The position numbers and the translations under genes were made by a program. From Sulfitobacter sp. (GTDB lineage Bacteria > Pseudomonadota > Alphaproteobacteria > Rhodobacterales > Rhodobacteraceae): a DNA stretch of 64,000 nt. Location of the stretch: positions 17,472-81,471 of the forward strand of contig NZ_JBALWB010000006.1 of NCBI RefSeq assembly GCF_036960155.1, given 5' to 3'. The notes beneath the pieces were generated by a model, which was not told the DNA's origin, ran no database searches, and saw nothing but the letters and a program-made list of their open reading frames with translations. Positions 30,234 through 40,125 of this stretch are shown one piece after another (the stretch's first letter is position 1; each line of letters starts with the position of its first letter).

Positions 30234-31706
30234 CTAAGCAGCGTTGAAACGGTCGATCATACCGTCCCAGATAGGGACCAGATCCAAAAGGCCGTCCCAG
30301 AAGGATTGCTCGCGGCGACGGTCAAAGTTCTCAAGCGAGGTGCCTTGTTGTTCGACCCAAGTGTAATAGGCGAGATTGAAGATACGTTCACGATCAAATC
30401 GGCCAAGCTCAATCATGTGATCGATGCCTGCGCCGAGGATATGTTGACCAAAGACCTCAGCGGCTTGAACCTCGCCAAAACCTTTGGAGAAGTGTTTGTT
30501 TTGGGCGATTGCCATTTCAGTATGGTACATGTCCGCGCCATCAGTTGCGACAGTTAGGACGACGTCGCCTTCGTCGAGGTCGTTGAATTTTGCGTATTTT
30601 ATTGCGCCGAGGATATTGGCGATTGAGGACAGCCCCAGATCGCTAAGTTGGGCGATTTGTTCTTGGGGTAGGCCTTGATGTTTCGAAAGGTAAGAGCGGC
30701 CAGCAACGGTGTTGAAAACGAGGTTAAGCCTATCGCATGATGCGTCTGAGACACCAATGACAAAATCAGACTCCATCACGTTATGGATCAAAGGCACGTG
30801 TTTGTCGCCGATGCCTTGGATGTTGTGTTCGCCGTAACCGTTATAGAGCAACGTGGGGCATTCGAGCGCCTCGATAACCCCTGTTTGGGTGCCGAGTGCC
30901 CGTTTAAGATGATCGCCAGCGGCCAAAGTTCCAGCCGATCCAGTTGCGGCGACAAAAGCACGCGCGCTCAGTGTTTTATCTACGTTCAGATGATCAAAGA
31001 TACGTTGCAGGGCAGGGCCAGTAACGGCCCGGTGGATGATGTAATTACCGTATTCGCCAAACTGGTTCAGGATCAGGTTTTCTGGGTTTTTCTCAAGGTC
31101 ATGGCAGGCGTCGTAAATTTCTTTGACGTTACTTTCCGTGCCGGGTGTGCGGTAGATGTCATTTGGGTCGGTCAGCCAACCGTTGAGCCAGTCGAAGCGT
31201 TCTTTGCTCATCCCCTCGGGCAGCACCGCGATCGAACGGCAGCCAAGCAGATTGGCGATTGCAACGCCGCCGCGACAGTAGTTGCCAGTAGAGGGCCAGA
31301 CAGCCCGATGCTTCGTGGCGTCAAAAGCGCCCGACATCAAACGCGGGATCAGGCAGCCGTAAGCCGCAAGAACTTTGTGCGTGTTGATCATAGGGAAGCG
31401 ATTACCAAGCGCTACAACGATCTTCGCCTTGACGCCGGTCAGCGCTTCAGGAAGCACGATGTGTTCGGGAACCTTCACCAAGCTGCGGCGGTCGGCCCCG
31501 TTGTGCCAATGAACGCGAAAAAGGTTACGTGGATCGGGCGCGTCGGGGTCGGCATCTGCGATTTCAGCCATTTTACCAGCGAGCTTTGCGTGCGGGTCCG
31601 CAAGGTCAGAAATGCGCGGTAAAACAAGGCCGGTGTCGGCCAAGCTTTTGATGTTGCGATCATAAGCGTCCTGATCAACGATTGCGGTTTCCAGCCCTGG
31701 GATCAT
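30234..31706 (-). CDS. Fold-type II PLP enzyme (long cysteine/threonine-synthase-like family)
   Basis: NTHKVLAAY, PSTGNYCRGG, ATGSAGT, HNIQGIG; start MIPGLET. Confidence 0.85.
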   Translation of the reverse strand: MIPGLETAIVDQDAYDRNIKSLADTGLVLPRISDLADPHAKLAGKMAEIADADPDAPDPRNLFRVHWHNGADRRSLVKVPEHIVLPEALTGVKAKIVVALGNRFPMINTHKVLAAYGCLIPRLMSGAFDATKHRAVWPSTGNYCRGGVAIANLLGCRSIAVLPEGMSKERFDWLNGWLTDPNDIYRTPGTESNVKEIYDACHDLEKNPENLILNQFGEYGNYIIHRAVTGPALQRIFDHLNVDKTLSARAFVAATGSAGTLAAGDHLKRALGTQTGVIEALECPTLLYNGYGEHNIQGIGDKHVPLIHNVMESDFVIGVSDASCDRLNLVFNTVAGRSYLSKHQGLPQEQIAQLSDLGLSSIANILGAIKYAKFNDLDEGDVVLTVATDGADMYHTEMAIAQNKHFSKGFGEVQAAEVFGQHILGAGIDHMIELGRFDRERIFNLAYYTWVEQQGTSLENFDRRREQSFWDGLLDLVPIWDGMIDRFNAA

Positions 31707-31836
31707 CTCAAATTCCTTCTGCTTGCCTTGTCTGGCACGCATAAGGTTACGTCCGGTTAGGGATTTATTTGCGCAAATCAGCAGGGGAACGCGACGAAAA
31801 TGATCGCCAAAGATGCGAACGCGTCAGCCAATCCGA

Positions 31837-34287
31837 CTATCCCAGCATACGTTCGCTCGTTGGATCATGAAATGGTGCGAGGCTTAGTTCGGCAACGATT
31901 TCTTTGCCTTCAACCATGACAGAGTATCGCCCCTGCGAAAGGCTGCCCCGGCCTGTGGCACCTTCTGAAAGCGAGACAAAGCACAATCCGACTGCGGCCC
32001 CGACTGTGTGCCCATAGGCTGCAGATGTGACATAGCCTGCGACTTTACCATCGCGCAGAACCGGTTCGTTGTGATGCAACATTGGCTCAGGGTCGCAGAG
32101 CTTGATTGAGCACAGAAATGGCCCCTCTGCTTGGGCTTTTCGCGCAAGATAGGCGTCGCGCCCGATGAAAGGGATGGCTTTGTTCGGCTTGCAGGCGAAA
32201 TCGAGGCCGATTTGGTGCGGGGCTTCAGTGTAGGCCATATCGTGGCCCCAATGAACAAAGCCTTTTTCGATGCGAAGCGCGTTTAGAGCTTCACCGCCAA
32301 TGAGGCGCAGACCGTGGTCTTTACCAGCATCCATGAGCGTGTCGAATACATGCTCCGCTAGGTCTGGTGTCACAAATATTTCCCAGCCGAGTTCGCCGGA
32401 GTAGGACAGTCTTTGAGCTGTTACCTTCGCATGTCCGATGTAAAAGGTTTGAAAGCTGTTGAACCGGAAGGCTTCATTCGACAGATCAATGTCGCAAACC
32501 GAGGCAAGCAGCGCGCGGGATTTTGGACCCATCAAGCCGAGGACACCGAATGAAGTGGTGACATCGCGCAAACGCACGTCTTCGCCTGCTTGAATCTGAT
32601 CGCGCAGGTGAATGTAGTCGCGCCGTGTGTGTGAAATCGAACTCATCACCATGAAACTGTCTTCGGCATGACGCGCGACTGTAACGTCGCTCTCGATCCC
32701 GCCGCGCTCATTGAGCATCAAGGTATAGGCAACGCGGCCCGTTTTCATCGACATATCATTGGTGCAGATGCGTTGCAGAAACGCTTCTGCATCCGTGCCC
32801 TCAACCATGAGTTTTCCGAGCATTGAATAATCGATCATCGCAGCGCTTTCGCGCGCGGCTTTTTGCTCGCCTTGGGCATAGTCGAACCAGTTCTGCCTGC
32901 CAAAGCTATAAGTGATCTCTGGCGTTACACCCTTGGGTGCAAACCAGCCCGGACGCTCCCAGCCTTGGGTTTCGGTGAAAAACGCGCCCTCGGCCTTCAA
33001 AGCGTGGTGAAACGGGGTGCGGCGCAGATTTCGTGCGGTTTCACGTTGGCGGTTCGGCCAGTGCATCGCGTAGGTGAGAACCAGCGTCTCGGGGCAGCGC
33101 TCCCGCAGGTAGATGTCGCGGGCCTGAAATTCTTCGCAGCGCTTTGGGTCCATCTCGGAGAGGTCGATTGGCGCGTGACCTTTCATGATCCACTCTGCCA
33201 AGGCTTTGCCAGCGCCAGGACCAGATTGAATACCAGTGGAATTGACCCCAGCGAGCACGAAGTAGCCCTTAATGTCTGGGGCTTCGCCCAAGGTAAAGCG
33301 GCCATCGTAGGAGTAGCTTTCAGGACCATTAAAGAAAGTGCGAATGCCTGTCTCTTGCAGCACAGGAACGCGCTCCATCGCAAGTTCCAGCACCTCCATA
33401 ACGTCCTCTTCAACAAAGGGCAGGCTGTCGAATTCAAAGCTCTGGGGAATGCCGTCTTTGGCCCATGCTTTGGCATGGAAATGGGCAAATCCGAACAGGA
33501 GCTTGCCTGCATCTTCCTTCCAATAGGTACCGTCGCAGTAGGAGCGCAGAACCGGTAGATCACTGGGTAAATCCTTGATCGCTTCGGTGACGAGGTAGTA
33601 ATGCTCGCAGGCATGAAGCGGGACGCCGACGCTATTTTGTTGGCCCAATTCGCGCGCCCACATGCCGCCACAGTTCACCACATAGTCGGCGGTAATTGTG
33701 CCTTGGTCTGTTCGCACGCCTTGCACTTTGCCATTTTCGACATGGACCTCTTCAACCTTGATGTTTTCAAGGATCGTCGCGCCGTGCATACGCGCCCCTT
33801 TGGCCAGCGCCATGGTCAGATCGATCGGATTGGCCGAGCCGTCACTGGGCATATGGATGCCGCCTAAAACGCCCTCGGGGTTCATCAAAGGCCAACGCTC
33901 GGAAATTTCCTCAGTGCTCATCAGGTGGGCTTCGACACCGAAAAGCGAGGCGAAATCAGCCTTGCGCTTAAGCTCTGCATGGCGCTCCGCGTTGAGGGCG
34001 ATGGAGATTGACCCGGATTGACGGAAACCGGGGTTCTGACCTGTTTCGGCTTCGATATCTTGCAAAAGTTCGACGCCGTATTTGGCAAAGGCAGTGGTGG
34101 AATGACTGCCCTGCAGTTGACCGACCAATCCTGCGGCGTGCCATGTGGTGCCAGAGGTGAGTTGCTTACGTTCTAGCAGGACCACGTCTTTCCACCCTTC
34201 GCGGGCCAGATGATAGGCGGTAGAGCAGCCGTGGATGCCGCCGCCGATAATGACAACTTGAGCGTGGGAGGGCAGTGTCTTAGCCAT
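31837..34287 (-). CDS. GcvT-family FAD/THF-dependent oxidoreductase (dimethylglycine/sarcosine dehydrogenase-like)
   Basis: IIGGGIHG, SGTTWHAAGL, C-terminal GcvT domain (YSGELGWEI, ALRIEKG). Confidence 0.95.
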   Translation of the reverse strand: MAKTLPSHAQVVIIGGGIHGCSTAYHLAREGWKDVVLLERKQLTSGTTWHAAGLVGQLQGSHSTTAFAKYGVELLQDIEAETGQNPGFRQSGSISIALNAERHAELKRKADFASLFGVEAHLMSTEEISERWPLMNPEGVLGGIHMPSDGSANPIDLTMALAKGARMHGATILENIKVEEVHVENGKVQGVRTDQGTITADYVVNCGGMWARELGQQNSVGVPLHACEHYYLVTEAIKDLPSDLPVLRSYCDGTYWKEDAGKLLFGFAHFHAKAWAKDGIPQSFEFDSLPFVEEDVMEVLELAMERVPVLQETGIRTFFNGPESYSYDGRFTLGEAPDIKGYFVLAGVNSTGIQSGPGAGKALAEWIMKGHAPIDLSEMDPKRCEEFQARDIYLRERCPETLVLTYAMHWPNRQRETARNLRRTPFHHALKAEGAFFTETQGWERPGWFAPKGVTPEITYSFGRQNWFDYAQGEQKAARESAAMIDYSMLGKLMVEGTDAEAFLQRICTNDMSMKTGRVAYTLMLNERGGIESDVTVARHAEDSFMVMSSISHTRRDYIHLRDQIQAGEDVRLRDVTTSFGVLGLMGPKSRALLASVCDIDLSNEAFRFNSFQTFYIGHAKVTAQRLSYSGELGWEIFVTPDLAEHVFDTLMDAGKDHGLRLIGGEALNALRIEKGFVHWGHDMAYTEAPHQIGLDFACKPNKAIPFIGRDAYLARKAQAEGPFLCSIKLCDPEPMLHHNEPVLRDGKVAGYVTSAAYGHTVGAAVGLCFVSLSEGATGRGSLSQGRYSVMVEGKEIVAELSLAPFHDPTSERMLG

Positions 34288-34298
34288 GATTTGGAGTC

Positions 34299-35060
34299 CT
34301 AGTGTTGGAACAGCTGGCCAGAATTGGCTGGCCTGTGATTAAGGTTTGCAAGCCGCATCAAATGCCAAGCGAGCGCTTGATTGCTGGAGATAACGGGCTT
34401 GGCGATATGGGCTTCGGCAAGGGCGATGACAGATAACGCACGCAGACTGGTGCATGAGACGAAGACAGCATCGCAATCGTCACGCGAACCGATGGTCTGG
34501 ATTGCGTTGAGAATACTGTCTGAGGTGATGCGGGCGACGATGAAGTCGTTGGACTGATTGAATGACGCGACAGCGTTGATGTCAAAACCAGCAGCTTTTA
34601 GGTTTGCTTGCATCTCGGTTGTCACATCGGGAGCATAGGGCGTGACCAGCGCGATACGTCTGATATCCAGAGCGGTGAGCGCGGCTTTGCAGGCGGTGAT
34701 CGGATTGCTGACTTGCGCGCCCGGATGAATTTCGCGGATGATCTGTGACACGCGTTCTTCGCCGATCATTGTAGCACCTGATGTGCAGCCGTAGCCGATC
34801 GCATCAAAGCCGAATTGGCTCGGCAGCAGGGCTGCGGTTTCAGGCAGATCATGCTGCATTTGGCGCAGCGTGTCGGGGGTGACATCCATAGAATTGGCGA
34901 TGCGCGCATGGTAACAGGCGATGCCTTCACCGTGCAGCAAGCTGGCCATTTCGTGCTCGATTGTTTGATCGGTTTGCAGGCAAATCAATCCGATCCGCGC
35001 AATATGACCTAGACCCGCATCGGTTTTGAATTCCAGCTTTTCGATGGATGCTTTATCCAT
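34299..35060 (-). CDS. Asp/Glu racemase / maleate-isomerase superfamily (EutA-like) 1
   Basis: GYGCTSG and FVSCTSL catalytic cysteines; PVISSNQA. Confidence 0.9.
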   Translation of the reverse strand: MDKASIEKLEFKTDAGLGHIARIGLICLQTDQTIEHEMASLLHGEGIACYHARIANSMDVTPDTLRQMQHDLPETAALLPSQFGFDAIGYGCTSGATMIGEERVSQIIREIHPGAQVSNPITACKAALTALDIRRIALVTPYAPDVTTEMQANLKAAGFDINAVASFNQSNDFIVARITSDSILNAIQTIGSRDDCDAVFVSCTSLRALSVIALAEAHIAKPVISSNQALAWHLMRLANLNHRPANSGQLFQH

Positions 35061-35257
35061 GGTCCGGCCTCTTTGAATAGCTCGTCGTTTCAGCCGCTTG
35101 TTGCGGTAATGGGGATAGATCGGACCTTTGTGCGTTCCGGGGACGACCTCGGGCGGGGTTCGCGGCATCTTCAAACATAAAGACACCCGTTTGCCAGAAT
35201 TCATCTTTCTGCGCCTGCGTGAGAATTGCCATGGTCGTTTCTCCATTAGAGTGCCAA

Positions 35258-35295
35258 CTGGTCTATACCAAATGATTCATCTTGGTATAGACCAG
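35258..35295. promoter_or_regulatory. Paired HutC/GntR-type operators forming a perfect 14-bp inverted repeat
   Basis: ctggtctataccaa-N10-ttggtatagaccag; each arm contains GTnTAnAC. Confidence 0.75.
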
Positions 35296-35337
35296 ATTTC
35301 GTGTTACTCAAAACAAAAAATTTGGGACTTACAAAAT

Positions 35338-36084
35338 ATGCCTGACGTTGCTGTAAAACTCTTTGACGATACGCCGAGATTTAGGCAGATTTTCGAAGCT
35401 TTGCGCGAAGAGATCACAAATGGAAATCTGGCGAAACACACAGCGCTGCCGTCCGAAAGAGTGGTTGCAGAAGCCTATAACGTCTCTCGTATGACGGCGC
35501 GCCGTGCCCTTGAGACGCTTGAGGCTGAGGGATTAAGCTATAGTCAGGGCCGCAAGGGACGTTTTGTTTCCCCGCCTCGATTGACATATGACATCAGCCA
35601 AATGGTCAGCTTTGCAGCCGATGCGCAGGCAAGCGGTGTGGATTTGCAGATTGAGGTGATCAAGGCAGAGCAACAAAATGCTGATGCGAAATTGGCCCGA
35701 GACTTGTTAGTGCAAATCGGGGAGCCGTTGCATGCTTACACACGATTGTTCAAGAACGATGGTCATGCGATTTTTATTGAAACCGAATTTGTAATTGCAG
35801 CACGATTTCCTGACCTGTTGAGTTATGACCTTCGACAATCGACCACCCAACTTTTAGGTGAGCACTTTGATACGCGTGCCCATACTGGCGATGTTGTCAT
35901 TCGGATGCGCGGGGTGCGTGTTGATGAGGCGAAACTACTGGGTTTGTCTGCAAATACCGCTGGCATCGAGTTGGAGCAGGTGATCCGCGACACCGCAGGC
36001 GTTCCGTTTTGCATTGGCCGTCAGATATGGCGTGGAGAATTGGCTGAATTTTCTGCACGAACAATGGTGAATCCCGAAGGCTAA
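35338..36084 (+). CDS. GntR (HutC/UTRA) regulator
   Basis: LPSERVVAEAYNVSRMTARRAL..QGRKGRFV; UTRA domain. Confidence 0.95.
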   Translation: MPDVAVKLFDDTPRFRQIFEALREEITNGNLAKHTALPSERVVAEAYNVSRMTARRALETLEAEGLSYSQGRKGRFVSPPRLTYDISQMVSFAADAQASGVDLQIEVIKAEQQNADAKLARDLLVQIGEPLHAYTRLFKNDGHAIFIETEFVIAARFPDLLSYDLRQSTTQLLGEHFDTRAHTGDVVIRMRGVRVDEAKLLGLSANTAGIELEQVIRDTAGVPFCIGRQIWRGELAEFSARTMVNPEG

Positions 36085-36238
36085 GATTCCTGTAAAAAGT
36101 TGCAATAGTGCGGACATTTTCCGAGAGCCGTCACAATGGCATCAAATTCTGCGTAATTTTATCGCGATCAGCCGCTTTTTTGACGCCTATTTTCGAGCTG
36201 TGCTCTTAAGTTAAGCGACAGATGAACAAGGATTTAAC

Positions 36239-37390
36239 ATGTGTGAGTTTCACAAAAATCTGACGGAGATGCGGCATGCATTTCACCGCGACCCCGAGCT
36301 TGGGTTTCAAGAAATTCGAACCAAGGCGGTGGTGGCTCGTCGTTTGCGTGATCTGGGCCTTGAAGTACATGAAGGCGTTGGCGTTGTTGGTGTTTTACGT
36401 GCGGGCGGTGGAAATAGGGCGATTGGGCTGCGCGCTGATATGGATGCACTGCCCATCACTGAAATCAGTGAACACGATTATGTGTCTGCCAATTCCGGCG
36501 TTATGCATGCTTGCGGTCATGACGGGCATATGACGATGTTGCTTGGCGCTGCAGAAACGCTGGCCAAAGATCCTGATTTTGACGGCACCGTAGTGTTCAT
36601 TTTTCAGCCGAACGAAGAACATGGGCTCGGCGCGCGCGCGATGATTGACGAGGGATTCTTGGAGAGGTTCGCGATTGATGAGGTCTATGCGATCCATAAT
36701 TTGCCCGGCGCGCCATTAGGGCAGCTGTCAACGCGTGTCGGTCAGATCTGCGCCAGCGAGAGCCTTTTTGAGATTGAGATCAAGGGGCAAGGTGGCCATG
36801 CATCTATGCCTCATGTCGGGGTGGACGCGATCACGGTCGGATCAGAGATGGTGCAGGCACTGCAAACGATAATTTCGCGCAAGCTTGCTCCGGGTGCAGG
36901 GGCGGTTGTATCTGTCACTGAATTTCTGACTGACGGGCAACGCAATGTACTGCCAGGACATGCAACGCTGAAAGGCGACGTGCGCGCACGCGTGCCCAAA
37001 GATCGCTTGGATATTGAGCGGTTCATGCGCCAGATTGTCGAGGGTGTTGCCGTCGCGCATGGGGTCAAGGCCAAGATGAGCTTTGTGACTGAATTCATCG
37101 AAACCATCAATGCACAAGGCCCTGTCGATGCAGTTGTTCGGTCCGCGCACGCCGCGGGGCTAGAGGCCATTGGTGATCGGCCTTCGATGAGCTTTTCCGA
37201 AGACTTTGCTCATTTCTGCGAAGCTGTTCCGGGCTGCTTTCTATTGCTCGGCAATGGGGAAACCGGCCCGCATGGCCAACCGTTGCATGCAGCGGATTAT
37301 GATTTTAACGATGCGCTTTTGCCTATCGGGGCTGCCTTTTGGGCCGAACTGGTTCGTGATCGTTTGCCAACTAGAGAGACCATGCCATGA
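36239..37390 (+). CDS. M20D amidohydrolase (hippurate hydrolase-like)
   Basis: LRADMDALP, MHACGHDGH, QPNEE, SEDF. Confidence 0.95.
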   Translation: MCEFHKNLTEMRHAFHRDPELGFQEIRTKAVVARRLRDLGLEVHEGVGVVGVLRAGGGNRAIGLRADMDALPITEISEHDYVSANSGVMHACGHDGHMTMLLGAAETLAKDPDFDGTVVFIFQPNEEHGLGARAMIDEGFLERFAIDEVYAIHNLPGAPLGQLSTRVGQICASESLFEIEIKGQGGHASMPHVGVDAITVGSEMVQALQTIISRKLAPGAGAVVSVTEFLTDGQRNVLPGHATLKGDVRARVPKDRLDIERFMRQIVEGVAVAHGVKAKMSFVTEFIETINAQGPVDAVVRSAHAAGLEAIGDRPSMSFSEDFAHFCEAVPGCFLLLGNGETGPHGQPLHAADYDFNDALLPIGAAFWAELVRDRLPTRETMP

Positions 37391-38580
37391 ATACTTTACT
37401 GCCATCCGTTATATTGGGCCATGTCGCGGCCAGCCGCAAAACTGGCGACGCAGCATTTCGGGTTTTGTCGACGAACGACTTTGCCACCGCGCGTGCTGAG
37501 ATCATGGCGTGGGACGGCTACGAGGCAACTCCGCTAGTGTCGCTGAGTGCTTTGGCTAAGGCGATCGGCGTCGGTGAAGTTCTGTACAAAGACGAAGGCC
37601 CCCGGTTTGGTTTGGGCAGTTTCAAAGCACTGGGCGGATCCTATGCTGCGTTGCGGGTGCTGCAACGCGTGATTTCTGAGCGGTTGGATCAGGACGTCTC
37701 GCTGGCTGATGTGCGCCAAGGCAAATACGCGGCGGAGTGCGCAGCGATCACCTTGGTTTCGGCGACCGACGGCAATCATGGCCGCTCACTGGCGTGGGGC
37801 TGCAAGCGGTTTGGTGTTCCCTGCCGAATCTACATCCATGCGGAAGTCAGTGAAGGGCGCGCAGTCGCCATGCAAGACCTCGGCGCTGAGGTCATTCGGA
37901 TCGAAGGGGACTACGACGCATCGGTCGCACTGGCAAAAAGTGAGGCCGAAGAAAACGGGTGGTTCGTGGTGTCGGACACTTCATGGCCGGGCTATTCGCT
38001 GCCGCCACGCGATGTGATGGCTGGTTATGGCGTGATGACACAGGAAATCTGTGAGGCACTGGAGCACGCGCCGACACATGTGTTCTTGCAGGGTGGCGTT
38101 GGTGGTTTGGCTGCGGGCGTTGCAGCGGGCTTGCGTCAATATTGGGGCGATGCGTCGCCGCGTGTGGTAATCGTTGAGCCGGACCTAGCGGCCTGTTTGT
38201 TTGAAAGCGGCAAGTCAGGAGACCCAACCAGTGTTGCAATAGCCAAAGAAACATTGATGGCGGGATTGTCTTGTGGTGAGCCGTCGCCATTAGCTTGGGA
38301 AATCTTGGAAGAAGAAGCCCGCGATTTTCTAACGATACCAGAAAATTTGGTTGCGCCTTGCGTGCGTCTTTTGGCTGCTCCTTTAGATGGCGATCCAGTG
38401 ATTGAAGCGGGCGAAAGCGCAATTGCGGGACTTGCGGCTTTGATCGCGGCCCGCACAGACAGCGCACTTTCCGAGAAGTTGGAACTTAACGCAAATTCGC
38501 GGGTATTATTGATTGGCTCCGAAGGCGTAACGGACAGAGCCATCTTCAACATGATCATGGAGGGTCGTGATGCAGCCTAA
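37387..38580 (+). CDS. dpaL: Diaminopropionate ammonia-lyase
   Basis: YKDEGPRFGLGSFKALGG, ATDGNHGR, VSDTSWPGY, QGGVGG, MAGLSCGEPS, GESAIAG. Confidence 0.92.
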   Translation: MNTLLPSVILGHVAASRKTGDAAFRVLSTNDFATARAEIMAWDGYEATPLVSLSALAKAIGVGEVLYKDEGPRFGLGSFKALGGSYAALRVLQRVISERLDQDVSLADVRQGKYAAECAAITLVSATDGNHGRSLAWGCKRFGVPCRIYIHAEVSEGRAVAMQDLGAEVIRIEGDYDASVALAKSEAEENGWFVVSDTSWPGYSLPPRDVMAGYGVMTQEICEALEHAPTHVFLQGGVGGLAAGVAAGLRQYWGDASPRVVIVEPDLAACLFESGKSGDPTSVAIAKETLMAGLSCGEPSPLAWEILEEEARDFLTIPENLVAPCVRLLAAPLDGDPVIEAGESAIAGLAALIAARTDSALSEKLELNANSRVLLIGSEGVTDRAIFNMIMEGRDAA

Positions 38581-39739
38581 AGAATTGATACGCGGATTTA
38601 GCACGGGCGAGTTTGAGACTCGAACAAAGAACGCTCAGGCGTTGATGGCGCAGCAAGGGCTGGCAGGCATGCTCTTGATGAGCGAGCCGGACGTTCGTTA
38701 TTTTAGCGGGTTCCAAACGCTGTTCTGGCAAAGCCCGACGCGACCATGGTTTTTGTTTGTGCCGGCTCAAGGCAAGCCCATTGCGGTTATCCCTGAGATC
38801 GGGGCTGCGTTGATGCGGCAATCTTGGTTGGAAGATATCCGCACGTGGAGCGCGCCTGCTCCAGAAGATGATGGTATCAGTTTGCTGACAGAACTGCTCT
38901 CTCCCTTGGCTGCTGGCAAAGCGCGGATTGGGGTAATGAAAGGGCACGAGACATTGCTGCGAATGCCCTTGGGAGACTGGGAACGTCTGATTGCCGGATT
39001 GCCGGGGCTGGAAATTGCAGATGTCACAGGACTGGTTCAAGGCCTGCGCATGGTAAAGTCCCCTGCAGAAATCGTGAAGCTTTCACATATTTGCGGCATT
39101 GGATCGGCAACATTCGCGCGTGTGCCTGAAATAATGTCGGAAGGTATGGCGCTGGAGGATGTGTTTCGCACGTTCCGACGTGAAGCATTGGGGCAGGGGG
39201 CAGATGATGCGCCCTATGTTGTGGGTGCTGCGGATCAGGGTGGCTATGTCGATGTGATCTCACCGCCGTCGCGCCGTCCTTTGCAATCTGGTGATGTGCT
39301 GATGCTGGATACGGGTCTGACTTGGGATGGGTATTTCTGTGACTTTGATCGCAACTGGGCGATTGGCCGCGCGGATGATGCAGCGCGTCGTGCCTATGAT
39401 GTACTGTGGCGCGCAACCGAAGCAGGAATTGCCGCTGCGCGGCCCGGAAATACTTGCCGTGATCTGTTCAATGTCATGTCAGCGGTGATTTCCGAATTGG
39501 ACGACAGTGGCGGAGACATTGGTCGTTTGGGTCATGGGCTGGGAATGCAACTGACCGAGCAACCGTCACATGCAGCGTTTGACACAACTGTGTTGACAGA
39601 GAATATGGTGCTTACGTTAGAGCCATCCCTGTCTTACGGCGATGGCTTGATGATGGTGCATGAGGAGAACATTGTCGTCGGCGCGGATTCTGCGCGGCTT
39701 TTGACAACGCGGGCCGCACCTGAATTGCCAGTGATCTAA
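38570..39739 (+). CDS. M24 (Xaa-Pro peptidase/creatinase-like, EutD/DoeA-like) hydrolase
   Basis: LRMVKSPAEI, DTGLTWDGYFCDFDR, GHGLG, LEP, HEE. Confidence 0.9.
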   Translation: MQPKELIRGFSTGEFETRTKNAQALMAQQGLAGMLLMSEPDVRYFSGFQTLFWQSPTRPWFLFVPAQGKPIAVIPEIGAALMRQSWLEDIRTWSAPAPEDDGISLLTELLSPLAAGKARIGVMKGHETLLRMPLGDWERLIAGLPGLEIADVTGLVQGLRMVKSPAEIVKLSHICGIGSATFARVPEIMSEGMALEDVFRTFRREALGQGADDAPYVVGAADQGGYVDVISPPSRRPLQSGDVLMLDTGLTWDGYFCDFDRNWAIGRADDAARRAYDVLWRATEAGIAAARPGNTCRDLFNVMSAVISELDDSGGDIGRLGHGLGMQLTEQPSHAAFDTTVLTENMVLTLEPSLSYGDGLMMVHEENIVVGADSARLLTTRAAPELPVI

Positions 39740-39753
39740 ACAGGAGCCGGCCG

Positions 39754-40125
39754 TTGGATAAATATAAACCCGGTGACGATGTAGGGCGGTTGGATTTCTG
39801 GTCCTTTGAGGCGCCAGCAAGCGAATATCGCGTCACCAAGGGTGATCCCAAGACCTACGGGCGCATTGATGCGGGCGGTCCGGGTCACACAACGCGCTAT
39901 GGAATTTGGCGCTGCACGGTTGGCGCGTTTGACTGTATCGAGCAGGGCGATGAGTTGATGACGGTGCTTTCTGGTCGATGCAAATTGATCCAGCACGACA
40001 CTGGTGAAACCCGCGATCTTGGACCCGGTGATAGCCTGTTTGTGCGTGATGGCAGTCGGGTCACATGGGATGTCAGCGCAGACATTACCAAGGTATTTTT
40101 TGGCCACAAAGCCACAGGATACTAG
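39754..40125 (+). CDS. Cupin_3 (DUF861/EutQ-like) protein
   Basis: GIWRCTVG..DELMTVLSG..PGDSLFV..WDV; TTG start after AGGAG. Confidence 0.85.
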   Translation: MDKYKPGDDVGRLDFWSFEAPASEYRVTKGDPKTYGRIDAGGPGHTTRYGIWRCTVGAFDCIEQGDELMTVLSGRCKLIQHDTGETRDLGPGDSLFVRDGSRVTWDVSADITKVFFGHKATGY

